From Oscillospiraceae bacterium (GTDB lineage Bacteria; Bacillota; Clostridia; Oscillospirales; Ruminococcaceae): a DNA stretch of 64,000 nt. The notes beneath the pieces were generated by a model. It was not told the DNA's origin, searched no databases, and worked only from the letters and a program-made list of their open reading frames with translations. Made by a program: the position numbers and the translations under genes. Below are positions 8,898-18,043 of the stretch, piece by piece. How positions within the stretch are numbered: the stretch's first letter is position 1; each line of letters starts with the position of its first letter. The stretch lies in the NCBI GenBank assembly GCA_028692035.1, contig JAQUYD010000008.1, positions 20,678-84,677 of the forward strand, read 5' to 3'.

Positions 8898-10565
8898 TTA
8901 GAATAAACCTTTGATGTGTCCCTGGCCGTCCACATCGATCTGGCAGGCGGCAGGGGCCTTGGGCAAGCCAGGCATCGTCATAATGTCGCCGGACATGACA
9001 ACGATAAAGCCGGCGCCGGCAGATAGTTTCACATCCCGTACATTGACGGTAAATCCCGTAGGACGGCCCAGCTTGGCCGGATCGTCAGACAGGGAATATT
9101 GGGTCTTTGCCACGCAGATCGGCAGATCCGATTTGCCCAGCGCCTCGATATCCCGGATGGCTTTCTCCGCCTTCGGCGCATAGGCCACATCCTTGCCGCC
9201 GTAGATTTCGGTGACAATGGTCTTGATTTTTTCTTTGATCGGCGCTTTTTCATCGTATAAAAGCTTAAAATGAGACGGTTGCGCGCAAGCTTTGACCACC
9301 TTATGGGCCAGATCGACAGCACCCTCGCCGCCCTTGGCAAACACCTCGGACAGGGAATATTCCACATCCAAACGCTGGCAGCATTGGGCCAATACCTCGA
9401 TCTCTCGATCGGTATCGGTCAAAAAGCGGTTGATAGCGACGACCACCGGCACCCCATATTTCCGCATGTTTTCCACGTGCGCTTCCAGATTGACCAAACC
9501 TTTTTGCAGCGCCTCGACGTTTTCTGCGGCAACCTCCGCCTTTGGCACGCCGCCGTTGTATTTCAGCGCACGCAGCGTCGCCACGATCACGATGCAGGAA
9601 GGCTCTAGCCCCGCATAACGGCACTTGATGTCCAAAAATTTCTCCGCGCCCAGGTCGGAACCGAATCCCGCCTCGGTGATACAGTAGTCCGCCATCTTCA
9701 ACGCCAGTTTTGTCGCCCGTACCGAATTGCATCCGTGGGCGATGTTGGCAAAGGGGCCGCCATGCATCAAGGCTGGCGTATTTTCCAGCGTCTGGACCAG
9801 ATTGGGCTTTAGCGCGTCTTTGAGCAGGGCAGCCATTGCGCCGTGGACATTCAGATCCCGGGCATAGACCGGCCGGTTATCATATGTGTACGCAATCAAA
9901 ATCGAGCCCAGCCGTTCTTTCAGATCATCCAGATCCGCCGCCAGGCACAAAATCGCCATGACCTCGCTGGCTACGGTGATTTGGAATCCATCCTCCCTGG
10001 GCACACCGTTGATCTTACCGCCCAGCCCGACATTGATAAAACGCAGGGCCCGGTCATTCATATCCATGCAGCGTTTAAAGAGGATCCGCCGCTGGTCAAT
10101 CCCCAAAAGATTTCCCTGCTGCAGATGGTTGTCAATCATCGCGCACAAAAGGTTGTTGGCCGCCGTAATCGCGTGCATATCACCGGTAAAATGCAGGTTG
10201 ATATCCTCCATCGGCACCACCTGAGAATAGCCGCCGCCAGCCGCACCACCCTTAATACCGAAAACCGGCCCTAGGGACGGCTCGCGCAGGGCAATGATCG
10301 CTTTTTCACCGATCTTCGCCATGGCCTGGCCCAATCCTACCGATGTGGTGGTTTTCCCTTCGCCCGCGGGCGTTGGGTTGATTGCAGTAACCAGCACCAA
10401 CTTTCCGCCGGGCTTGTCCTGCAAACGGGCAAAAATATCTTCCGAAAGCTTTGCCTTGTACCGGCCATACGGCTCCAGCTCTTCCGGAAGAATGTCCAAC
10501 TTCGCCGCGATTTCGGTGATCGGAAGCATTTTTGCGCCCTGCGCAATCTCGATATCGCTCAACAT
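8898..10565 (-). CDS. fhs: Formate-tetrahydrofolate ligase
   Basis: 555 aa from MLSDIEIAQ (SD GAAGGGTGA 5-6 nt upstream); the ORF extends 6 codons further. Motifs [15 protein letters not shown] and [12 protein letters not shown]. Confidence 0.96.
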   Translation of the reverse strand: MLSDIEIAQGAKMLPITEIAAKLDILPEELEPYGRYKAKLSEDIFARLQDKPGGKLVLVTAINPTPAGEGKTTTSVGLGQAMAKIGEKAIIALREPSLGPVFGIKGGAAGGGYSQVVPMEDINLHFTGDMHAITAANNLLCAMIDNHLQQGNLLGIDQRRILFKRCMDMNDRALRFINVGLGGKINGVPREDGFQITVASEVMAILCLAADLDDLKERLGSILIAYTYDNRPVYARDLNVHGAMAALLKDALKPNLVQTLENTPALMHGGPFANIAHGCNSVRATKLALKMADYCITEAGFGSDLGAEKFLDIKCRYAGLEPSCIVIVATLRALKYNGGVPKAEVAAENVEALQKGLVNLEAHVENMRKYGVPVVVAINRFLTDTDREIEVLAQCCQRLDVEYSLSEVFAKGGEGAVDLAHKVVKACAQPSHFKLLYDEKAPIKEKIKTIVTEIYGGKDVAYAPKAEKAIRDIEALGKSDLPICVAKTQYSLSDDPAKLGRPTGFTVNVRDVKLSAGAGFIVVMSGDIMTMPGLPKAPAACQIDVDGQGHIKGLF

Positions 10566-10903
10566 ATCTCTCACCCTTCTCATGTTTATTCCATTTTAGG
10601 CGCCTCAACAAGGCGCCCCATATGAACCGGTACCCCGCGGTGCAGCAGCCTCTCGCTGAAAAGCAGAATACTCCAGCTCTTTTTAGGCGTTTGAGGGATC
10701 TCATCCCGCCCATTCTGTGAGGCTATTATAGCACACTTGGATAAGGGACTTCAATTCTTTTTCCTTTCCATTGGTTTTGGCCAAAAGTTGTGATATACTA
10801 GTGACGTTCCAAAAAAGGTTTTCTTTTTTGCAACAAACTCGCGTTTTTTCACGTTTTATGAATATCTTAGAAATCTTTTGATGCTTGAAAAAGGAGCGCA
10901 GCT

Positions 10904-12034
10904 GTGAAAAAAATCTGGCGCGGCCTTGTCCGCTATTTTAAAGGAACTGATAAGCTTCTCTTATGCTTATGCCTAATCTGTTCGGCATACAGCGTTATAT
11001 TGATGTGTGGCATTCACAATTCCGGGATGGCCACCATCCGTGCCGTCCAAATGCAGATCATTACTTCTGTGCTGGGGCTGGTTGCCGCCATGATTATTTC
11101 CAGCTTTGATTACCGTTTTTTGTCTAGGTTGTGGAAGCTTTATTACCCTATTTGCATCGGGCTTGTAGTCCTGACCTATTTTTTTGGTGAACAGCGGGTG
11201 GAATCGGTAGACGACAAAGCATGGCTGCCAATCCCATTTTTGGGCATCAATTTTCAGCCCTCTGAGCTTTTGAAAATTGCGTTTATCCTTACCTTTGCCC
11301 TGCACCTCGAAAAAGTCGGCGATGATATTAAAAATCTAAAAAATCTGCTTCTACTTTGCCTGCACGGGGCGGTCCCTGTCTTATTAATCCATTTCCAGGG
11401 CGACGATGGCACCGCAGTGATTTTTCTTTTGATTTTTTTGTCTATGATTTTTTCTGCAGGCATTCAATGGCGCTATGTGGCCATTGCCGGGGCGGCCCTA
11501 GTCGTAGCCGCGCCCCTGGCCTGGCTTTATCTGATGAGCAACGACCAAAAGCTTCGGATTTTAGCGCTATTTATCCCTGATTTGGATACCAACGGGATCC
11601 TATATCAGCAATACAACGCAAAAATCGCTATCGGCTCCGGCGGCGGATTTGGCGAAGGGCTTTTCATTGGAGAACATGTATATGTACCGGAAATCCACAA
11701 TGACTTTATTTTTTCCTTTGTAGGGCAATCCCTTGGCTTTGTAGGGTGCATATCGGTCATCGTCCTGCTATTTTTCATCTGTTTTAGGCTGTTGATTTTT
11801 TCCCGTAAATCCAACGATCTGCTGGGCGCCTATATCTGCATCGGCGTGTTTGCCACCATTGCGTTTCAAAGCATCGTCAATATTGGCATGAATCTGAGCA
11901 TCCTGCCGGTTATCGGTGTTACCCTGCCGTTTTTCAGCTATGGAGGGACCTCGGTCACAACGCTTTATATGGGAATCGGGTTGGCCCTAAGTGTTTATAT
12001 TCACAACAAAGAGCATCTGTTTATCGACGATTGA
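10904..12034 (+). CDS. rodA: SEDS family peptidoglycan glycosyltransferase (FtsW/RodA/SpoVE), probably RodA
   Basis: 376 aa, about 10 TM segments. GTG start after SD AAAGGAG. Motifs include GINFQPSELLK and the C-terminal LPVIGVTLPFFSYGGTS. Confidence 0.85.
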   Translation: MKKIWRGLVRYFKGTDKLLLCLCLICSAYSVILMCGIHNSGMATIRAVQMQIITSVLGLVAAMIISSFDYRFLSRLWKLYYPICIGLVVLTYFFGEQRVESVDDKAWLPIPFLGINFQPSELLKIAFILTFALHLEKVGDDIKNLKNLLLLCLHGAVPVLLIHFQGDDGTAVIFLLIFLSMIFSAGIQWRYVAIAGAALVVAAPLAWLYLMSNDQKLRILALFIPDLDTNGILYQQYNAKIAIGSGGGFGEGLFIGEHVYVPEIHNDFIFSFVGQSLGFVGCISVIVLLFFICFRLLIFSRKSNDLLGAYICIGVFATIAFQSIVNIGMNLSILPVIGVTLPFFSYGGTSVTTLYMGIGLALSVYIHNKEHLFIDD

Positions 12035-12050
12035 CCCCTTCTGCAATAAG

Positions 12051-12092
12051 AAAACAACTGCTGAAAAGATTTCTCTTTTCAGCAGTTGTTTT
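12051..12092. terminator. Bidirectional intrinsic terminator (rodA-like gene / MFS gene)
   Basis: 18-bp perfect stem aaaacaactgctgaaaag / cttttcagcagttgtttt with a 6-nt loop. Confidence 0.88.
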
Positions 12093-12112
12093 CTGTTTCT
12101 TATGAAGGAACA

Positions 12113-13351
12113 TCACTCTAGATCCGGCTCGTGATCCAACGCCGGAACCGCCTTGATCCCTTTGCTGACCACCGATCCTACTGCCGCGAAAAGGACTACC
12201 GCGATCCCCGCAATCAAAAACCACAGCTGTACCCCTTCTTTTTCAGCAATGGGGCCGGAAACCAGCAGCCCGATGGGCATTGCGGCGGATAACAGGCTTT
12301 GGAACAAGGAAAATGCCCGTCCTTGCGCCTGTAGCGGAATGTTTTCCTGCATATACGCGATCATCGGGATGCTATAAAAATTCGCGCTCCCGCCCATGAA
12401 CATACAGCAGACCGCAAAAATCCAAAACGCCCACATGGTCGCAGGCAAAAAACCGCAGATTCCCGTGCTGATGCCAATTCCAAAAAGACCAATATAGGCC
12501 AGGAAAAATTTATTTTTCACTTTTCCAAACAGGCCCGCAACCACAGCGGCCACCATCATCCCCAACGCATACAGGACTTCCACCAGGCTACCATGAAAAG
12601 GCGACGCCATAAAATAGCTGCTGCTCATCAGCGGATAGTAGGATGCCAGCGGATTGAAAAAGACCATACACAAAAACGTTGCAGCCAACAGCACACATAG
12701 CTTTTTATCCCGCCAAATGACGGCGGCCCCTTGCCGCATTTCCCGAAAGAAATTCGCCTGCTGAGATTCCTTGTGCTCAATTTCCTTAATTTTTACAACC
12801 GCCACTGTGGCACTGGCCACTAACGCACCGGCGAAATCGGTCAACAGGATCACTGGCATGGGCAGCACGCCGTACAGTAACGCGCCGATCACCGGGCCCA
12901 ACATAAACGCGCCGGACTGTAAAAATTGGCTCCACCCATTGGCACGGACCAGCTCTTCTTTCGGCACCAGCAGCGGAACAATCGCCTGGATGGCCGGCGT
13001 GTGGAACACACCGCCCACGGCGCGTATCCCCAAAACCACGCAGGCAGACCAAAACGGCGGTTGCCCGCCGAGAAAACAGGCGGCAAAAACCAGCGCCGTC
13101 GTCCCAATAAACAAATCTGCTGTGATGACAACGACTTTCCGCTTCAGCCGGTCCACCCACACTCCAGCAAAAGGCCCCAGCAGCAGTTGGGGCAAAAAGG
13201 CCAGTAGCCCCGCAAAGGCCAGCAGCATCGGGGACCCCGTTTCGCTGGAGAGCCACCAGATCAGCGCAAATTGAACTGCTGAACTGCCGATTAGAGATAC
13301 GGCCTGCCCCGTCGCAATCGTCAAAAATTTCTGTTTCCACTTTTGTTCCAT
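12113..13351 (-). CDS. MFS transporter, Mef/EntS-like (DHA3) efflux family
   Basis: 412 aa, about 12 TM segments. The N-terminus WKQKFLTIATGQAVSLIGSSAVQFALIWWL...GVWVDRLKRK parallels macrolide-efflux Mef-type proteins. Confidence 0.82.
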   Translation of the reverse strand: MEQKWKQKFLTIATGQAVSLIGSSAVQFALIWWLSSETGSPMLLAFAGLLAFLPQLLLGPFAGVWVDRLKRKVVVITADLFIGTTALVFAACFLGGQPPFWSACVVLGIRAVGGVFHTPAIQAIVPLLVPKEELVRANGWSQFLQSGAFMLGPVIGALLYGVLPMPVILLTDFAGALVASATVAVVKIKEIEHKESQQANFFREMRQGAAVIWRDKKLCVLLAATFLCMVFFNPLASYYPLMSSSYFMASPFHGSLVEVLYALGMMVAAVVAGLFGKVKNKFFLAYIGLFGIGISTGICGFLPATMWAFWIFAVCCMFMGGSANFYSIPMIAYMQENIPLQAQGRAFSLFQSLLSAAMPIGLLVSGPIAEKEGVQLWFLIAGIAVVLFAAVGSVVSKGIKAVPALDHEPDLE

Positions 13352-13446
13352 CGTTTCACCTTCTTGTTTGGTACATTCTTCTTACAGCAATGAAAGAATG
13401 TACGGTTACCCGACAAACCACACCATTTTCACAACAAAGTTTTTTC

Positions 13447-13475
13447 ATTCTAGCATATATGGCCCTTCCCGTCAA
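13447..13475 (-). promoter_or_regulatory. Promoter of the MFS exporter gene
   Basis: On the minus strand, TTGACG (13475-13470), a 17-nt spacer, then TAGAAT (13452-13447) with a TG extension (tgcTAGAAT). Confidence 0.55.
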
Positions 13476-13494
13476 TCTACAATTTTACGCAAAG

Positions 13495-13528
13495 CAAAAG
13501 CTGTCTTGCCGGCGCAAGACAGCTTTTG
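13495..13528. terminator. Intrinsic terminator, about 155 nt downstream of thiN
   Basis: 15-bp perfect stem caaaagctgtcttgc / gcaagacagcttttg with a 4-nt loop. Confidence 0.8.
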
Positions 13529-13682
13529 TCAATTTTCCTCCCGTTTCATGTGAAAAAACAGGCGCAACAGCGGCGAAAGGATCCTGGGGCATTTCAAAAC
13601 GACAACCTTCATATTTACCGCCCTTTCATATGGGGATTTGCTTTATTATATACACCGGTGCCCCAGATGGTGAACACTCTCT

Positions 13683-14318
13683 TTATCTGCGTCGGTCTTT
13701 TGAAACAACGACCACCAGCGTCCCCACCTCTACGGTGACCCGGGCGGATTCCGCCACAATCTCATTGCTCAGCCCCAGCGGAAACCAATTGGTCAGTTTT
13801 GCTTTCTCCAATGGGTATTTGACACCCTCCAGCGTGACGCCTACACAATTTTCCGTATAGGAAAACACCGAGAGATAATACCCTTCCATCCGCGGCAGGA
13901 CAACCGAGCCATTCCGCAGCATCGTGACCATGTTGTACTGGTCGGCAATCATGACAAAAGCGCCCTCTTCCAGCCCGTAAGCAATGGTTTGAAGGTTCGC
14001 CAGCGTGTGGTCAAAACGGCCTCCGGTGGCCCCCAAAAGGACAAAGTCCCTATAGCCGCGGGCAATCCCCTCTTTGACGGCTAGCAGCATATCGGAGTCA
14101 TCTTTTTCAGGCCGGCAGGTCAGCGCGGGGATACCCGCCGGAAAGCCCTCTGAAAAAGAATCCTGATCGCCCATAAGCAGATCTGGGCGGACGCCCGCCT
14201 CTCTGGCATAATAAAATCCCCCGTCGGCGCAGATAATAAAGTCATCCTGCCGCCAGAAAAAATCTGTCAAAAATTTCTGATCCAGCTCGCCGGCCCCGAT
14301 GATGACACAGCGTCCCAC
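13683..14318 (-). CDS. thiN: Thiamine diphosphokinase
   Basis: 211 aa from a GTG preceded by SD AAGGAGG (9-nt spacing); the ORF runs to 14354. Motifs CVIIGAGE, ICADGG and LMGDQDS. Confidence 0.85.
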   Translation of the reverse strand: MGRCVIIGAGELDQKFLTDFFWRQDDFIICADGGFYYAREAGVRPDLLMGDQDSFSEGFPAGIPALTCRPEKDDSDMLLAVKEGIARGYRDFVLLGATGGRFDHTLANLQTIAYGLEEGAFVMIADQYNMVTMLRNGSVVLPRMEGYYLSVFSYTENCVGVTLEGVKYPLEKAKLTNWFPLGLSNEIVAESARVTVEVGTLVVVVSKDRRR

Positions 14319-14332
14319 CGAAAAGCACCTCC

Positions 14333-15214
14333 TTATTTTTTTGGCAGTTCCCACTCCTTGATGTTTTTCGCCGATTCATACAGGATAAAGTAGCTTTCGT
14401 GGCGGGATGGGGCAATCTCCCCCCGCTCCAACGCCGCCAGCACCGCACAGCCCTTTTCTTTTGTATGGGAACACCCGGTAAAGCGGCACCGGTCCAAATA
14501 CGGCTCAAATTCTCGAAAACAGTATTGCAACTGGTCTTTTAAAATGACCTCGTAGCGCTCCAGATCCATGGAAGAAAAGCCGGGCGTATCCGCGATATAC
14601 CCGCCTGAAACGGGATAAAGCTGCACATGCCGGGTCGTGTGGCGGCCCCGGCCCAATTTTTGGCTGATCTGACCGGTGGACAGATCCAACCGCTCGTCAA
14701 TGCGGTTTAAAAGGCTGGACTTTCCCACGCCGGAATTGCCGCAAAATGCGCTGATTTTCCCTTCCATCGCCTGCAAAAGCGGCTTTAGGTCATCGTCCCG
14801 GTCCAATCCTACGCGAAACACCCGAAACCCAGCCTTTTCATATCGTTTCAAAAGGGCCTCGCCCGCCCCGAGATCCGTTTTAGTAATGACCAAAAGCGGC
14901 TCAATGCTTTTTCGTTCGGCAATGGCAATCAGCTTATCTAGCACCAGTAAATTCGGTTGGGGATCCGCCACGGATACCACCAAAAACAGTTGATCCAGGT
15001 TGGCCAGCGGCGGCCGAATCAAACTGTTTTTCCGGTTCAATATTTCGACGACATATCCCTTTTCCCCGCCGGTATCCTCGATTTCCACCCAGTCCCCGAC
15101 CAGCGGAGACGTCCCTTCCTTCCGAAACAGCCCCCGGGCTCTGCATTCATACAAAACAGGGCCTGATTGCACATAATAAAATCCGCCTATTGCTTTTAAA
15201 ATCCTACCCTGCAA
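14333..15214 (-). CDS. rsgA: Ribosome small subunit-dependent GTPase A
   Basis: 293 aa from TTG (LQGRILKAIGGFYYV, the usual RsgA N-terminus) after a G-rich SD. GTPase motif GNSGVGKSSLLN and Zn cluster CRFTGCSHTKEKGC. The ORF extension to 15403 is rejected. Confidence 0.9.
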   Translation of the reverse strand: MQGRILKAIGGFYYVQSGPVLYECRARGLFRKEGTSPLVGDWVEIEDTGGEKGYVVEILNRKNSLIRPPLANLDQLFLVVSVADPQPNLLVLDKLIAIAERKSIEPLLVITKTDLGAGEALLKRYEKAGFRVFRVGLDRDDDLKPLLQAMEGKISAFCGNSGVGKSSLLNRIDERLDLSTGQISQKLGRGRHTTRHVQLYPVSGGYIADTPGFSSMDLERYEVILKDQLQYCFREFEPYLDRCRFTGCSHTKEKGCAVLAALERGEIAPSRHESYFILYESAKNIKEWELPKK

Positions 15215-15293
15215 AAAACACAGCCCCCCCCTTTGTTCCAAGCATCCGGCTCTGATCAAAGGGCTTCCCCAAAAAGGGAAGCCCTTTTGCGTT

Positions 15294-17276
15294 TTACTGA
15301 AAATCCTGCGTGTAATCGGAATCAATCTCGTGAACGCCCTCATCAAAATCCACGATATATTCCATATAAATCTTGTCGTCGATATAAATCTGCACCCGGC
15401 CAATCCCTTGGCCAGAAAAGGACGGTTTCCATGAGGTAGTGGTTTTTGGATTGATCGTCTCCCGGCGCACTTCCATATCGTCCAGATAAGCGGACACGGT
15501 CACATCCTGCTCAAGGGACGTTGGCATCGGTACCGTGATTGTCAACCGGGAAATCACCGTATCCCCTTGGCTGACCGTCAGATTCACAAAAGACCCTGTG
15601 GCCACCATGTCGCCCTCGGCAGGATCCTGCGACAATACCGTGCCATACGGCTCGTCGCTGGTTTCATCCAGCGTTACGGTGCCAACCTTTAAGCCATAGC
15701 TTTCCAGTACCCGTTTGGCGTCGTCCACATTGGTGCCTTTTACATCCGGCACCTGTTTCATCACCGTCTGGGCGCCCAGGCTCACATACACGGTCACGGT
15801 GGTGCCCGCCTTCACCTCGCTGCCTTTGGTCGGCTCTGTTCTGATGACATAGCCACTGGCGATGGAGGGATGGTTCATCCGGGACTCTACATACTCCAGC
15901 CCCATATTTTTAAGTTCTGCAAACACCTGCGTCGCTTCTTGATTGGAAAAGTCCGGCATGGAGATCATCTGCGCGCCGCTGGAAACTTTAATCTTTACCT
16001 CTGATCCTTTTTTTACTGTTTTGGGGTATTTGGGCTTCTGCTCACAGATCACACCCTTTTCATACCCATCGGAATAAACTGTTTCCTCCAAAACAATGTT
16101 AAAATCCGAATATTTACTGGAATTGAGCACACTTTCATACTGAATGCCCACAAAATTAGGCAATGCCACTTCATCCACTGCAACAAATGGATTGTTAAAA
16201 TAGAACATCAAAAAGATGAACAGGCAGGTTACCAGCACAAAAGCGGCAGAAATGCCCCCCAGCATCGCGAGATACGGGGTTTTCACGACGATTTCCACAT
16301 CTTCGTCCGACTCCTCCTGTCGGTCTTTCTTTTTCTTGCGCGCTTTGGCGGAGGGCTCGGCCCCTCTCTCCGATTCAGGGCGCTTTTTCGCAGACGCCTG
16401 CGCTTCTTCCTCCTCTGCGGAAAGGTATTTATACGCAAACGCGATAGACGGATTGCGCTTAAATTCATCGATATCCCGCAGCATCTCCGCCGCGGACTGG
16501 TAGCGCTTTGCCGGATCCTTCTGCATTGCCTTCAGCGTAATCTGCTCCAGTCCTTCCGGGATCGAGGGATTGATCTCCCTGGGCCGCTTCGGCTTGGACT
16601 GGATCTGCTGAATCGCCACCGAAACAGCTGAATCAGCTGTAAATGGCAGTTTTCCGGTAAGCATTTCAAACAACATCACGCCAACCGAATACAGATCTGT
16701 TTTCTCGTCAGTTTTTTCTCCCCTCGCCTGCTCCGGGCTGATATAATGCACGGAACCGATGGCTTTGTCCGTAATGGTCGCCATCTGGCTGCGGGCAAAC
16801 CGGGCAATGCCAAAATCCATCACTTTGATGGTGCCGTCCTGCAGCAGCATGATATTTTGAGGTTTGATATCCCGGTGGACAATTCCCTTATCATGGGCGT
16901 GCTGTAACGCCCGCAAAATCTGGACGGTGAAATGCACCGCCTCCTTCCAGCGGACGATCTTCTGCTGGTCGATATAATCCTTCAAGGTGATCCCGTCGAT
17001 GTACTCCATAACGATCGACTGCATCTTATCAGAAAAGCTGACGTCGTATACCTTTACAATATTGGGGTGGTTCAAAGCTGCAATCGCCTTGGACTCGTTT
17101 TTGAACCGGCGTACAAACTCCTCGTTGGAAGCGTACTCCTCCCGCAGAATTTTAACCGCCACGATCCGGTCGTCGATCCCATCGCGGGCTTTATATACGT
17201 TTGCCATGCCCCCAACGCCGATAAGCTGAAGAATCTCATACCGCCCATCCAGCTTTTTACCTATCAAATTATCCAT
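15294..17276 (-). CDS. prkC: Ser/Thr protein kinase with PASTA repeats (PrkC/PknB type)
   Basis: 660 aa. Kinase domain motifs (GGMANVYKA, HRDIKPQNIM, DFGIAR), one TM segment, three PASTA-like repeats and a C-terminal Ig-like domain. Confidence 0.95.
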   Translation of the reverse strand: MDNLIGKKLDGRYEILQLIGVGGMANVYKARDGIDDRIVAVKILREEYASNEEFVRRFKNESKAIAALNHPNIVKVYDVSFSDKMQSIVMEYIDGITLKDYIDQQKIVRWKEAVHFTVQILRALQHAHDKGIVHRDIKPQNIMLLQDGTIKVMDFGIARFARSQMATITDKAIGSVHYISPEQARGEKTDEKTDLYSVGVMLFEMLTGKLPFTADSAVSVAIQQIQSKPKRPREINPSIPEGLEQITLKAMQKDPAKRYQSAAEMLRDIDEFKRNPSIAFAYKYLSAEEEEAQASAKKRPESERGAEPSAKARKKKKDRQEESDEDVEIVVKTPYLAMLGGISAAFVLVTCLFIFLMFYFNNPFVAVDEVALPNFVGIQYESVLNSSKYSDFNIVLEETVYSDGYEKGVICEQKPKYPKTVKKGSEVKIKVSSGAQMISMPDFSNQEATQVFAELKNMGLEYVESRMNHPSIASGYVIRTEPTKGSEVKAGTTVTVYVSLGAQTVMKQVPDVKGTNVDDAKRVLESYGLKVGTVTLDETSDEPYGTVLSQDPAEGDMVATGSFVNLTVSQGDTVISRLTITVPMPTSLEQDVTVSAYLDDMEVRRETINPKTTTSWKPSFSGQGIGRVQIYIDDKIYMEYIVDFDEGVHEIDSDYTQDFQ

Positions 17277-17311
17277 CGTCTGCCTCCTGGTCTTACAGTA
17301 TTGCGCAAGAT

Positions 17312-18043
17312 CTATCTTGCAATCAGCACCGCTGTAATATTATCCGCGCCGCCCATGGCATTTGCCTGCTCGATCAGACGGTCTACCGCTGGGATTGCGT
17401 CGTTATCCCAGACCAGGCGGTGCAGGTCCTCCTGGTCCAGATAGTTGGAAAGTCCGTCGGAGCAAAGAAGTACTGCTCCCCTGTCCGGCATTTCTTCCTC
17501 TAAATAATCAATATCCAGCATTTCCCCTACGCCGAGAGCGCGGGTGATGTAATGCTTTTCCGGATGATACTGCGCCTCTTCCGCCGAAATCTCGCCACGG
17601 TCCACCATCATTTGAACCATGCTGTGATCCCGCGTCAGCTGCCGCGTGCCCTTCTCCTCAACGAGATAGACCCGGCTGTCGCCAGCATACGCAATATGTA
17701 TGATAGACCCTCGCACCACCGCTAAAATAACAGTCGTACCCATCCCTTTCAGCGAATCGTTCTTTCCCGCCATGGAAAAGACTTGTGCATTGGCGGCGGA
17801 TACAGCCGAGATCATGAGGTTTTTCATTGAATTTTCGTTAAAATCCGCCCGAAAACTCTCCTCCATCGTTTTCCGGATTTGCTCTACCGCGCAGGCGCTG
17901 GCGATATGCCCGCCCTTTTCTCCGCCCATGCCGTCGCAGACCACCGCATAGGCCGCATCCTCCGAAAGTTTCGCCACAAAAAAACCGTCCTCGTTGGCCG
18001 TGCGTTTTTTTCCAACATCGGTTTTCCCTGCTATTCTCAGCAT
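17312..18043 (-). CDS. stp: PP2C-family Ser/Thr phosphatase (Stp/PrpC)
   Basis: 243 aa. Motifs GKKRTANEDGF, VCDGMGG and GGADNITAVL. 7-nt overlap with rlmN. Confidence 0.93.
   Translation of the reverse strand: MLRIAGKTDVGKKRTANEDGFFVAKLSEDAAYAVVCDGMGGEKGGHIASACAVEQIRKTMEESFRADFNENSMKNLMISAVSAANAQVFSMAGKNDSLKGMGTTVILAVVRGSIIHIAYAGDSRVYLVEEKGTRQLTRDHSMVQMMVDRGEISAEEAQYHPEKHYITRALGVGEMLDIDYLEEEMPDRGAVLLCSDGLSNYLDQEDLHRLVWDNDAIPAVDRLIEQANAMGGADNITAVLIAR

Noticed and set aside
10306-10713. 135-aa minus-strand ORF overlapping the 5' end of fhs
   Set aside because: It is an alternative frame of the fhs 5' region and leader. Its translation is Arg/Gly-rich, and it has no SD.
10566-10730. ZTP (pfl) or THF riboswitch call for the fhs leader
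   Set aside because: The context is right, but I could not find the conserved ZTP cores (GACUGGCG, CCGCCUGGGC) or a THF-like core by eye. It is kept only as an unclassified structured leader.
13390-13860. 156-aa plus-strand ORF spanning the MFS-thiN intergenic region and the thiN 3' end
   Set aside because: It crosses a strong terminator hairpin and a promoter, overlaps thiN antisense, and has no SD or family resemblance.
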